In this document: positions 15,292-27,295 of the stretch, piece by piece | How positions within the stretch are numbered: the first letter of the stretch is position 1 | How the letters are laid out: each line of letters begins with the position of its first letter | From: Octopus vulgaris | Taxonomy: Eukaryota | NCBI GenBank assembly: GCA_951406725.2 | Contig: OX597820.1 | Location: 125,736,001 to 125,800,000 of the forward strand | Length of the DNA stretch: 64,000 nt | Direction: 5' to 3' | Made by a program: the position numbers and the translations under genes | The notes under the pieces: generated by a model | What the model saw: the letters and a program-made list of their open reading frames with translations, nothing else | The model's database searches: none | What the model was told of the DNA's origin: nothing

Positions 15292-17220
15292 AGTGTGTGT
15301 ATGTGTCTGTGTGTCTGTGTGCTTACGTGCATGTTCTTACGTGCGTATGAGGGAAAGAGAACGTGTCTATGTATGCTTGTGTGTGTGGACGCAAATTTTC
15401 TGTTGATGAATGTACCTTAGTAAACATGGCTTCTCTGATTCCTTAATACTATTAATTAGAGTAGCACATTGTTCCTATGGTTATTTATCTGAAACTTGTT
15501 TATTACATAATCATACTCATTCGAAAATAAGCATAAGTAGCTAGTGGCGATAGAAATAAACGTACATTTCTCGCTTTATATTTAATGGAGGAACAATGTA
15601 GTTTGAAAGATCTTTTTCCTAGCAGCTCACCACTGAAAAATAACAAAATAACTTTCTATTATATTTAATCCCCATAACATGCAGCCTGACATTCAATTAT
15701 TTCAACCAATGCCTCATGTATTTATGTACAATTACTCAGATTTCATTTTTCAGATGTGTTGGCATAAAATTCACAACCCGAAGCAGTAATACAATGCATA
15801 AATTAGAGATTTCTATGAGTCTGTGCCATTCTCATTCAGCTAATTATGGCAGCCAAATAATAACCAATATATCATGTAATTTAGCAAACATAGTTTAAGT
15901 TTTATGTTTTTGCTTTTGTTTTTTTTTTTGTTTTTAGTGTATGTTCTACAGATTAGAGTCACGTTTCTATTCAATTGTATGTATTCTTGTGCTTTATTCT
16001 TCGTTAGGAAGCATAAACATCCAAACACTCATGACACCACTTTCCTCAGAAAAGTCGAAAATGTCGAAAGTTCCCATTCATCTTTCTTTCGAAATATAGT
16101 GTATCTATCGTAGGCCAACAGTTATAACATGAGGAATATGAAGTCATTATTAAGCAGTGAATAGAAATAAGAATTTGACGAATCGTGTGCTGTTACACAA
16201 AACGTGTTTGAATTCAGCCTTGGCCGAAAGACAGGGCATACGCAAGGACGCTCATAATACTCAATATCCATTTTACACCCAGGCATGCCTAGGTGACTAA
16301 GAATTTGAGAGAGAAGAATGCTGTGAGGGGCATCAAATTTTGCTGTTACACCCTTCATTACACATAGTAAAATACATGTAATAATTCGAGAGACATTTTT
16401 TTTCCTAATTCTGTAATTCGTTTCTTGGCAAAGCAACTGATATCATTCTAACTGTTAAGTTCATTTACGCGTGTTGGTTTTCGAAATAAAAGCAGGGTGG
16501 TGTGTTTTACTCTTCGCCATTGTTCCAACGCTACAGAAAAAATCGAAATCTTAAAGGTACCGGCAGATGAAACACCTATCATATACAGAGTACTGCTAAC
16601 AATTACTGTAATAAGCTATTGTACGCTATGGTAACTACTTGCAAGTAGCTCCAGAGTGCCGTTGAAAATAGCCTCTCGTAATCGAATATCTCTGGATAAT
16701 TTCTCAGGAAGTTTTTGAAGTATTTTGAAGTTTTTGAAGTATTGCCCTCCCTCCAACGTATAATTTACTTTAAAAAGAAATATTTTAAAGGGAAAAACGT
16801 GAGAAAAAAAAAAGAAGAAATTAATAATCTAAATTTAACGATAGTCAAAAACATGTGCCTTCTCGCACATAAACACATTATTCACACATATACAAACATG
16901 CGCAGATGCAAATATTGAAGTACTAAATGGCACGTCAAATGATATTTAATCGAGTGGAACATTTTGCATGCATATCAATATTCTAAAGTTGGACATACTA
17001 TCCCTTATCCTAAAGCTGCTTCAGACAATTAGGAAGGGTTCCTGACTTGTTGCACCGTCTGCTTTCAATCTTGGATTGTGATTCGGCTCAGCCCTAACTC
17101 TCTCAGATTTTGTCTGCTGTTGCCTACTCCTACAAGGATTGCACCTGTTTTTTTTGTTCCTGATTTAACTCCGATTTGTCCTAGAGCCCATAGAAGATTG
17201 TTTTTAGTCAACCATCCATC

Positions 17221-18681
17221 ATGTCAGCTACCTACGGATCGAAACTGAGATCTGCAAGAAGGGCTTCTCATCAAGATGATGGTCCTACCAATAGTCAGCT
17301 CAACGAGCAGTTGCTGTTGCTCAAACAAGAGGTCGAGCACCTAAAGTCTGTTCTTGCTCTCTTACTGAATAAACAGTCTCCTGTTGACGCAGAGTCACCC
17401 TTGATTTCTTCCCTGGAGAAGTCCAAACCGAAGGGAACAAAATCGAAGCGGCCAAAGAAGGCGAAGGAACCGGCGGTCGTTTCTGCACATGATCGTTCCT
17501 GTGCGGATTCTTCCCCATCTGCCTTTTCGGTCCCGGAGGTTCCCCAACCGAATTTGAGGAGCGTAGACTCAAACCCACCTGAAGACCGTTGTTCTCCCCA
17601 AAAGAAGAAACGTCGTCAAAACTCCAGTGGGGCGGATTTAGCTATGAAACCTGACCACGATAAACAGTCTCCTGTTGACGCAGAGTCACCCTTGATTTCT
17701 TCCCTGGAGACGTCCAAACCGAAGGGAACAAAATCGAAGCGGCCAAAGAAGGCGAAGGAACCGGCGGTCGTTTCTGCACATGATCGTTCCTGTGCGGATT
17801 CTTCCTCATCTGCCTTTTCGGTCCCGGAGGTTCCCCAACCTAATTTGAGGAGCGTAGACTCAAACCCTCCTGAAGACCGTTGTTCTCCCCAAAAGAAGAA
17901 ACGTAGTCAAAACTCCAGAGGGGCAGATTTGGCTATGAAACCTGATCACGATAAAATCCGTTTGGATTCTCCCTCACCTGTCCTTCCCATTAATGCCATT
18001 GCTCAACCAATTCTGAACGATCTCGATGTGAGTTCATCTGGGGAGTGGCGCTCCCCCAAACCGAAGAAGAGGCAGTGCAGTTCCAAACCAGGCGGGAAAA
18101 TTATGACCACTAAACCCATTCCGATCGACCCCACAGGCCGACATAAGTCCGATGGCTATGAAACCACCCTTTCGAAATCCCCCAATGAAGAATCGAATAC
18201 CACAGCTCATAGTAGAGAACATTTTGCCCACTCAAGGTCAGCAATAATTTACGGTAAAGCTGAATCCACCCGTGATACAGGCATAAACCGCCTAAAAGAT
18301 GACATTAATTTTGTTTCCACTTTGGTTGGAGAATTGTTTTCTGTGAACGAAAAGGTCAGTGTCCTTAAGGTCGCTCGGCTAGGAAGATTCCAAGCGAACC
18401 CAACCGCAGATACTAGACCACGCCCAATAAGGGTAATCTTTTCTTCTGATCGGGAGGCTTCAGTGTTTCTGAACAGAGCTCAGTCGCATGCCTGGGAGGA
18501 CCCCAATATGGGTTTTCGCGAGGAATACTCACTAAGAGAGAGAATTCGCCGGAGAAACCTGATATCCGAACTAAAGATGAGGAAACAAATGGGAGAGAAG
18601 GGTTTACGAATCCAAGATGGACAGATAATCAAGTCCTACCTCTGGTCCCATGCTGTAGTGCTGACAGGGAAAGTGATGTGA
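17221..18681 (+). CDS. LINE ORF1 protein (486 aa)
   Basis: N-terminal coiled-coil-like LNEQLLLLKQEVEHLK; C-terminal RLG..PRPIRVIF..ERIRRRNLISELKMRKQMGEKGLRIQDGQI typical of CR1-type ORF1; internal 97-aa duplication. Confidence 0.85.
   Translation: MSATYGSKLRSARRASHQDDGPTNSQLNEQLLLLKQEVEHLKSVLALLLNKQSPVDAESPLISSLEKSKPKGTKSKRPKKAKEPAVVSAHDRSCADSSPSAFSVPEVPQPNLRSVDSNPPEDRCSPQKKKRRQNSSGADLAMKPDHDKQSPVDAESPLISSLETSKPKGTKSKRPKKAKEPAVVSAHDRSCADSSSSAFSVPEVPQPNLRSVDSNPPEDRCSPQKKKRSQNSRGADLAMKPDHDKIRLDSPSPVLPINAIAQPILNDLDVSSSGEWRSPKPKKRQCSSKPGGKIMTTKPIPIDPTGRHKSDGYETTLSKSPNEESNTTAHSREHFAHSRSAIIYGKAESTRDTGINRLKDDINFVSTLVGELFSVNEKVSVLKVARLGRFQANPTADTRPRPIRVIFSSDREASVFLNRAQSHAWEDPNMGFREEYSLRERIRRRNLISELKMRKQMGEKGLRIQDGQIIKSYLWSHAVVLTGKVM
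17370..17951 (+). repeat. 291-bp in-frame tandem duplication inside ORF1
   Basis: TAAACAGTCTCCTGTTGACGCAG starts at both 17370 and 17661; the copies differ by only a few substitutions. Confidence 0.95.
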
Positions 18682-21634
18682 GGGCAAATCGAAGTGAAGT
18701 TGATACCCCCGTCAACGATGCTATATCTGGTACCCCTTATTCTGCTTGTTCCCCAACTCCCGCCCCTCAGACTTCACAGCTCAGCATCGTCTACACCAAC
18801 TCGTGCTCCTTATTCCCAAAGTTCAGTGAACTATTTACATTGGCCATACGTGACTCCCCTGATGTGATAGCTATCACCGAGACTTGGCTGACTCCAGCAG
18901 TAAAGGACTCAGAAATCCACCTGCAGGGCTACGTCCTTTTCAGATGTGACAGAGGAAAAAGGCGAGGTGGAGGTGTTGCTGTATATGTTAAGTCTGAGCA
19001 CAAACCGTCCAGCGGTATTCTACCCACTAATGCTCAGCCTACAACAAAATTCGATGCCGTCTATTGCAAGCTGAGCCTATCTGAGTTTTGCCTGCCCGTG
19101 TTGGCTGTCTACAGGCCGCCTCTTGCCGACCCCCAGGACGACGCTCATTTACTCGAAGCGATAAGATTCGTTTCAGCTTCGCATGATTGTTTGGTACTAG
19201 GAGACTTCAAAGCTCCCACGATCGATTGGCCCGCATCAATTTGTACAACATCCTCCCGGTTCGGCCAGGCCCTTCTTGACGTGGCTGAAGATTGTTTTCT
19301 ATCGCAACATGTTGAATATCCGACAAGGCATCGGTCTGGGCAGCAGCCATCTATGCTAGATCTGGTATTCTCCCGCTATCCAAGATCAGTGTCAGACGTA
19401 TCTGTGCGCGCCCCTCTTGCCAAGAGTGATCATGCGGTCCTGAAGTTCGTCATGCACACAACTTTTTCTGCGCCCACGACTACTTCGCTGCCACGTAGAG
19501 TCTTCTCTGCAATTAATCTTGAAATTCTAACCGAGGCTTCCGCGCTTCTGGACTGGCGATCCCTGATGACGTTGTCCTCAGTTGACGAACTATGGTCATC
19601 CCTCAAAGCATATGCAATCTGTTTGACTGACCAGGCAGTTCCCGTTGGGCTTTCTAAGAGGAAGAAACACAAGCCCTGGGTGACGAAGAGGGTTAAACGA
19701 GAACGTCGACTCAGAGATATTGCTTGGGCTGAATTCAAAAATCTGGATTCGACTGCAGCTTTTGAGGTGTACAAAACACAACGAGACCGAGCCGTGAAAA
19801 TCGAAAAGAAAGAACGCTTCAGTTATGAATACAAAATCGCGGCAAATGCCAGTAGCAATCCAAAAACCTTCTTTGCCCATGTCCAGCGGAATTCCCGCTT
19901 GAACAACCAGATTGCAACGTTGGTAGACTCAACAGGCGTATCGATTGAGGACCCTTATCAACAGAGTCAATTATTTGCCGAGGCTTTTTCAACTATTTTC
20001 AAACAAGATGATGGTCGTGAACCCCCCCCCCCATTTGATAGATCGGTACCTCCAATGCTTCGACTGGTCATCACGCGGGACGAAGTCAAACGTGTTATTC
20101 AAGGCCTCGATGTCAACAAGGGTCACGGCCCTGACGGCATACACCCACGGGTTATAAAAACGTTGGCTCCGATCATCTGCGAGCCCTTAACGCGACTATT
20201 CAATATGTCATTGGCGACGGGTGTTATACCTGCAGACTGGAGAACAGCGATAATCTGCCCAATTTTCAAGAAAGGGAGCCGCGAAGACCCGCTTAACTAC
20301 CGACCAGTTTCCCTTACATCAATAATCAGCAAGATGTTCGAAACCATCCTTAAGAAAAGCATGATGCTCCACCTCCTAAACACAGCCTCTATCTCTGATT
20401 CCCAACACGGCTTCGTACCGAAGAGATCATGCTTGACCAACTTACTAGTAATGGAAGAATTGGTGACGCGCATCCTCGATGATAGTGATGCTGTTGACAT
20501 CGTTTTACTGGACTTTGCCAAAGCTTTTGACTCGGTAAACCACCGCCTATTACTTGTCAAGCTTCAAGCATATAGTTTCCATCCGGATATTGTACGATGG
20601 GTTGGTGCCTTCCTCTCGGATCGCTCCGTCCAAGTCCATGTTAATGGTTCGCGGTCCGACGTCTCCAGTGCGAGCAGTGGCGTGCCTCAAGGTTCAGTGC
20701 TTGGGCCCTTGTTGTTCTTAGTCTTCATAAATGACTTGCCCGACGACCTCACGCAACACACCCTTCTATTTGCCGACGATATCAAACTGGTCGCTCCTCG
20801 CGGTAATATAGAGGATCTTCGTCGATGCCTCCACCAAATTTGGAAGTGGTCTAACGATTGGGACCTGTGTCTGAACGTGTCAAAGTGCTGTCATCTGCCT
20901 GTCGGCTCTACTCCTGCAACTCAACTTGATTTCGAGCCGGAAGTCTGCTGCTGGAGAGGACCGATCAGGTAAAGGACCTAGGTATCTTGGTGGATTCCTC
21001 CTTTTCGCCTTCGGCCCAGTGCGTCCATGCTGCCAACAAAGCACGCGGAATTCTGTTCTTGATTCGACGGTCATTCGGAATGCTCACAGCAGCCATATTC
21101 CTACTACTCTATGTCACGCTGGTGAGACCCATATTGGAGTATGGGATTCAAGCCTCTTCTTCTTATCTCCTCAAAGACATACAGCATCTCAAAAGAGTCC
21201 AGAAGCTGTCTACCCGCATGGTTCATGGTCTCAAAAATTTGTCCTACGAAGAAAGGCTGAGGACGCTCGACCTTTATTCTCTTGAAAAACGCCGCCGCCG
21301 TAGTGATCTCATTCTCGCCCACAACATCATAAGCGGAAAGTGTAACCTCTCGAAAGAGCTGTTCTTCACTCCTGCTCCAGAGCGTCGGCTGCGGGGTCAT
21401 TCCGAAAAGCTCTACCTGCGACGATTTCATCTCAATCGAAGGAGAGGAGCTTTCTCCGTCCGGGTTGCGGATCCGTGGAACAAGCTGCCAGACGAGATGG
21501 TAAAGATGCCGACGACCGCTTTGTTCAAAGCCTCCCTGGACCTCAAGTGGCCCAACTCTTTACATGAACACCACCCTGTACTTAACTCCATGTCCCCCTA
21601 CATGGCCTTGCTATTTGCTTTTGAGCCAAATTAA
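18678..21634 (+). CDS. LINE ORF2, AP-endonuclease plus reverse transcriptase, with one frameshift near 20940
   Basis: APE motifs IAITETWL, GGGVAVYV, VYRPP, GDF(K), LDLVF, SDH. RT motifs GPDGIHP, NYRPVSLTS, QHGF, LDFAKAFDSV, GVPQGSVLGPLLF, FADD. Continues in the next frame as VKDLGILVD...RRLRGH...FSVRVADPWNKLP. Confidence 0.92.
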
Positions 21635-21902
21635 CTAACTAACTAACTAACAAACCTTTCATCTGAAGTTTGCACAAGAAAATAACCGAAGCTTAGTTTT
21701 AATTTCTGTTCAACATATCTCAAGTGGTGTATTGAAACGCATATTTAATGTTCCTTAAACCTCTACACAGACATAGAACCAATAAATTGTAGACCATAAG
21801 TGTAACGGATACTAATCACTTGTCTGTATCTTCAGATAAGGATACCAGATGAGCTCAAGTCTTATAAAAAAGAAAGACTACAGGGTTTCAGGCTCTGATA
21901 TA

Positions 21903-22305
21903 CTCTCTTTTACTCTTTTACTTGTTTCAGTCATTTGACTGCGGCCATGCTGGAACACCAACTTTAATCGAGCAACTCGACCCCAGGACTTATTCTTTGT
22001 AAGCCCAGTACTTATTCTATCAGTCTCTTTTGCCGAACCGCTAAGTGACGGGGGACATAATAACACCAGCATCGGTTGTCAAGTGATGCTAGGGGGGACA
22101 AACACAAACATACACGCACACACACATATACATACATATATACGACGGGCTTCTTTCAGTTTCCGTCTACCAAATCCACTCACAAGGCTTTGGTCGGCCC
22201 AAGGCTATAGTAGAAGACACTTGCCCAAGTTGCCACGCAGTGGGACTGAACCCAGAACCATGTGGTTGGTAAGCAAGCTACGTACCACACAGCCACTCCT
22301 ACGCC
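21903..22305 (-). mobile_element. Full-length tRNA-derived SINE, the dominant family in the window
   Basis: Minus strand: head GGCGTAGGAGTGGCTGTGTGG...GGGTTCAGTCCCACT and tail CCAGCATGGCCGCAGTCAAATGACTGAAACAAGTAAAAGAG; many homologous copies. Confidence 0.85.
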
Positions 22306-23180
22306 ATATGTTCAGCGAATATTCAGTTGGTATAGATGATAACAACGTAAAACCACAGTCTTACATTTATAACGTAAATATTACAAGAGCAATTTAACTA
22401 GATCAATCTCTGTAATAAGAATTGTAGAATAAATAGTATTACTAGCTTATGAGCTAGTGAGGAGATTATTTAGTTTGTTAGCTATTTCGTGGATCGAGAA
22501 GTTTTCAGCAATCTCAACACGCATCGTCTATCACTTTCTATCATCCACAAACTTTGTATTTAAACTCTTGGATACTGCATAATTCTAGTGCCTTCTAGTA
22601 TTTGGTTCGCGGAGTTATTTTACTGACTTGCTGCATCACCTTTTATTATGAGAACTTTGCCCATGAAGAACTTCAGCTACAATCACATCCTTGTTGCACC
22701 AATACATAGCAACTTGTGCCTTGCACTTATGGTGATATTTTTACACAAAAACTTGCTCGTGAATATTTGTAACAAACGTAATGTTGTTAGGTCACGTTTG
22801 GTCCAAGTTTTCAAGTCATTTATCAAGTATATTTAGCTACCCCAGCTGAGTAGAATACATTCCTTTTAGTTTTGTATGAAAGAAGACGCTTAACATATTC
22901 CTAGAAACGAATGAAAGACTAAACACTGAATCAATAATGCTCAGGGTTTGTCATTTTTATCTACTGCAATGTCTTTTGTCATACGAGCTATTTTGAAAGT
23001 CATCAACTCTGAGAGCAGACGCACCATGAAACCCCTGGCAAGTTTCCGTAAGCCGTTGACAGATGTATTTAAAGCTTTTTATGACGCTCTACATACGCCT
23101 TTATTATGGATGTGATAACTGAGAGTCGCACATCAGTAAAGATGATACATATTTTAAATAATAATTCTGAGCATTATTTA

Positions 23181-23311
23181 CTTTATTTACAATGGGCGGA
23201 TATTTGTCCTCATCTTGTTTGTTGTTAACACAACGTTTCCTTAACAACGTTTATTAACGTTTGTTAACAGTAAACAAGATGAAGACAAATATCCGTCAAT
23301 TGTAAATAAAG
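23181..23311. repeat. Fold-back inverted repeat with ~40-50-bp arms
   Basis: CTTTATTTACAATGGGCGGATATTTGTCCTCATCTTGTTT vs AAACAAGATGAAGACAAATATCCGTCAATTGTAAATAAAG. Confidence 0.85.
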
Positions 23312-24276
23312 AACATAATTCCTCATCTCTTAAATATAGAACCATAACTCAGAGATTATAACATCATGACATCGAATCTAATAACGCGCTCTCAGGAGGA
23401 AATCTTGAATGAAGCTAAAGTAGTGTTACCTACAGAAATAACTTAATGTTTGTAATCTTATACACGATAGTACGAAACTTTTATAACCTTAGCCATGAAC
23501 AAATGTAGGCTATGAATAGTGTTTTCATATTTTCTTGGAGGCAAATCTGGCTTTTCAAACACATTCGCCTCATTAGTACTAAAAGGATCGAATGAGGAGT
23601 CGTTGCTGAGTCTGGAACGCATTTCCCGATAATTTCTACTAAATTATAGTCGCTATAGAAAAAATTATGGTTTGCTGAAGTTTATTTTCTTTCATTTTAC
23701 TGGGTGTGGATAGTGAATATACTTACTTGAATGTATATAATTCAAGTACAAACAAACAATAATCCTCAAACAAATATATTTTATGCGTAGTGAAACAAAA
23801 TATTTGCAAATTTATTTACAATGTTTTTCAGGGAAAAAGAGAATGATCAATTATGTAGTCTAGTCTCAAAACTCGAATAGTATCAGTAATTGTAGATGTG
23901 TATTGATAATTAGAAGGAATCAATTGATGGATAGATATACATACACAGCAGAATATCAAATACGATGTTGATTTTGGCGACCTGGGATTAAAGGTCGTCC
24001 AATGTACTTTACGGCTACTTTTCCTTGTCATGGAAATGTTCCATTAAAACTCTAGTCATAATTGTTATTGAAAAGTTTTGTAGAAATGAAACATACGTTT
24101 ATTCTGTGAGTTGTATCAATATGGTTTATTGGTAAAATTATCGAGTGCCATGACACTCACAGACCACTTTCTGAGTATATTATCGTCTCGTCAATATATA
24201 AGTAGTTATTTGTGGCAAATTGTATATACATACATACGTACATACATATATACATACACAGTCACGTACATACATA

Positions 24277-24343
24277 CTCTTTACTCTCTTTTACTCTTTT
24301 ACTTGTTTCAGTCATTTGACTGCGGCCATGCTGGAGCACCGCC
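24277..24343 (-). mobile_element. 5'-truncated SINE tail
   Basis: Matches the 3' tail of the 21903-22305 SINE. Confidence 0.75.
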
Positions 24344-24779
24344 ATGTATACATACACACAAACATATATAACGATGGCTGTCCACTCGTAACCGAAGAAG
24401 ACCGTCGCTGATCCTTACCCATACAAAACGCCAGAGATGCCGGTGCATGAAATAATTGCAACTGCAATTCGGTTTCATCGCATTTCGATTCCGTGGTTTC
24501 CATACTTGCCGCTGCGCACCGGGTATCAGGCATTTGACTCGCCGCTGATTGGACAACCTAAAATTTTAGCTCCAATAGGGTTTGCACAGCACGTGACAGA
24601 CTCTCATGAACAAACTATTGATATGAAACAGAGAAATGCTTTGGAAGTCTATCCAGGGCAAATACGTGCCGAAGGCTCAGGACTGAGAGAAAGAAATGAC
24701 TTGGAGTTAGAAGTAGATCATTGGTGTTTTAAAGTCGTTTGATAACCACTCGTAAATTTCTGGGTGGTTCATACACTCC

Positions 24780-25045
24780 TCCCCTTACAGTTTCTGCAAC
24801 ATCGCGGTGGCCTCTGCGCATGCATCGCCATGACAACTTTCTCTGTTATGGTCAATGCGACGATCACCCGCTGCACACCTTCATTCCTAGCATGGGTGTT
24901 CTGAGCAGAAGTGAGCTAGAACGTAATAACTTAGTGCATATATGCAGCAGAGTTCAAAGTTAAGCTTTGCCAAGCGGCTCTACTCTGCGTGCTTTAGCCT
25001 CGTTACTACGAAACAGTCCGGATATTTATTGATCAACTTTCTTAT
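24780..25045 (-). mobile_element. Mariner 5'-end fragment (TIR and 5' UTR)
   Basis: Homologous to 50630-50867; ends CAGTCCGGATATTTATTGATCAACTTTCTTA. Confidence 0.6.
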
Positions 25046-25053
25046 GTATATAT

Positions 25054-25147
<94 letters not shown>

Positions 25148-25275
25148 TATATACATACATACAGGAGTCCCCCGGTATTCGCTGGAGTTAGGTCCCTAGT
25201 TTGCCCTCTAATAATGAGAAATCGCGAGTATTGGACGTGGTCCACCAAAATCCCTATAACATATATAACGTTATG

Positions 25276-25341
<66 letters not shown>

Positions 25342-25795
25342 GTTTTGCCAGTGCAACATCTATATTCCTCCCTGTGCCTGTAAAATCGTGTATCCCTGTC
25401 GTAAGACTTTACTTCCTCACACGCCAGCTTAATTTAATTCGTCCTTAGTCGGATGACACCTGTTCTTATGTCCTGTTATTTGTATTTGTGTAACATTCTC
25501 CTTTTTCTTTCGTCCTTGTTTTTCTATGCATTCGCTGCTTTCTTCCAAGGAATGTAATGCTTAGTTTTTCCTTGGAAATGTCTAGATAAGAGCAATTTCG
25601 ATTATAACCAGCTGAAATTGCAAAGATAATCTGGAACTCGACTGAGGAATGAAAACTCCAAATGACCCGTCCCTGTTTTCTTTGTGTCGTAGATCTGTAC
25701 GTATTGTTGTCCCTTTTTTGTATCACCTAACTGTCTGGATGTTTTGCGTTCTTGTCCCATTTTGTATTTTTTATATTTAAAATTTTATATATATA

Positions 25796-25970
<175 letters not shown>

Positions 25971-26059
25971 TGCGACCAGCGATGTATAACAACATGTGAT
26001 AGCCTGGTCAGTCACGAAAAAAGAGAAAAAATATATCACGGTGATATATATATATATTA

Positions 26060-26125
<66 letters not shown>

Positions 26126-26998
26126 AATATTTAATAAATATTTAATAGAAAATAAAGTACAATGTACGGTTGCTCATCAATAATAAATGATATTTATTTA
26201 AGACGATGATGTTGAAAATAATAAACGTAATGTAATGACTGCACAGCAATGAAGATTTTAAACCTCTTCAGGTGACGCTCCTTCATCAGGTGTTTTAAGG
26301 GATGTCATATCTTCCTGCAAGAATTTCTTACGGGAATTGAGGCACATTGTGAAGGGAAGTTGTCATTGTTTCTTCAAGGTGGTGAGGAGGGTTTTATATG
26401 TCTGCATGGCAGCATCAACGGAAAGACCGAACCATTCTCCCGTTCTCGCGGTTGATGGTACTACTCAAAGGTATTTTTCTTCTTGCAGTTACTGATCCAA
26501 AATGCCACGGTAGATTCCATCCTGACGGAGTGCTTATTTCTCATTGTCGTTATATTTTTGGCAATTGCACAGAAACTTACTGCTACGGTAGTCCTGATCG
26601 CCACTACGTTCTTCTAAATATGGTGTATAGTGCTCTCGTTGACATCATAACAGCAACATATAGCAGCATAACTGTTACCTTCCTGGGATATATCCAGCAG
26701 TTGTACCTTCTCATGTATCGTCATAAACTTTTTCTGTCGCTTAGGTACACTGCCAGAATTCTTAAAAGGTGTAAGGTTTTTGGGTGGCATCTTAGGGCTT
26801 TAATAACATCCTGCGAAAAACACAACACGTAACAAAACACTCGAGATAGCTACTGGATGCAGTTTTCCCCTAAAAACGTACAAAAAATCATCCTTGTGTC
26901 TAATATGCGCATACCACCAATGCGAGACTGAACTGACATTAAAAATAATAATGGTTTTGAAAACTTTGTATTACCACTAGATACAGTACTCTATACTA

Positions 26999-26999
<1 letters not shown>

Positions 27000-27067
<68 letters not shown>
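27000..27067. repeat. (ATA)n microsatellite
   Basis: Directly visible. Confidence 0.95.
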
Positions 27068-27295
27068 GAGAGAGGGCGAGGAAAGAATGAAGGGAAAAGA
27101 GTGAGAGATAAAGAGATTGCCTCGAAAGAAGTCGTAAAAAATTGCGGCGATATTTACGATTCCGCGAATAACTGGGATCGCGAATGCCGAACAGCGAATA
27201 TGCAGGGTTACACTACATATACACACTTACACTCACATATATATGCATGGATATTCACTGGAAATAAGTTTATAATATTGAGTGTTCTTTTAGGG

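Larger units (their letters stand above)
17001..21651 (+). mobile_element. Near full-length CR1-clade LINE (5' UTR, ORF1, APE-RT ORF2, (TAAC)n tail)
   Basis: Abrupt rise in GC and loss of microsatellites; two long ORFs; ends in TTAACTAACTAACTAACTAAC at 21631-21651. 5' boundary approximate; no TSD identified. Confidence 0.9.

Noticed and set aside
18667-18673. GGGAAAG as a -1 frameshift slippery site at the ORF1/ORF2 junction
   Set aside because: Not in X_XXY_YYZ phase with the ORF1 codons (ACA GGG AAA GTG).
26255-26292. CTGATGA and CTGAAGA on the minus strand as hammerhead cores
   Set aside because: No downstream GAAA/NUH or helices; lies inside the Tigger relic.
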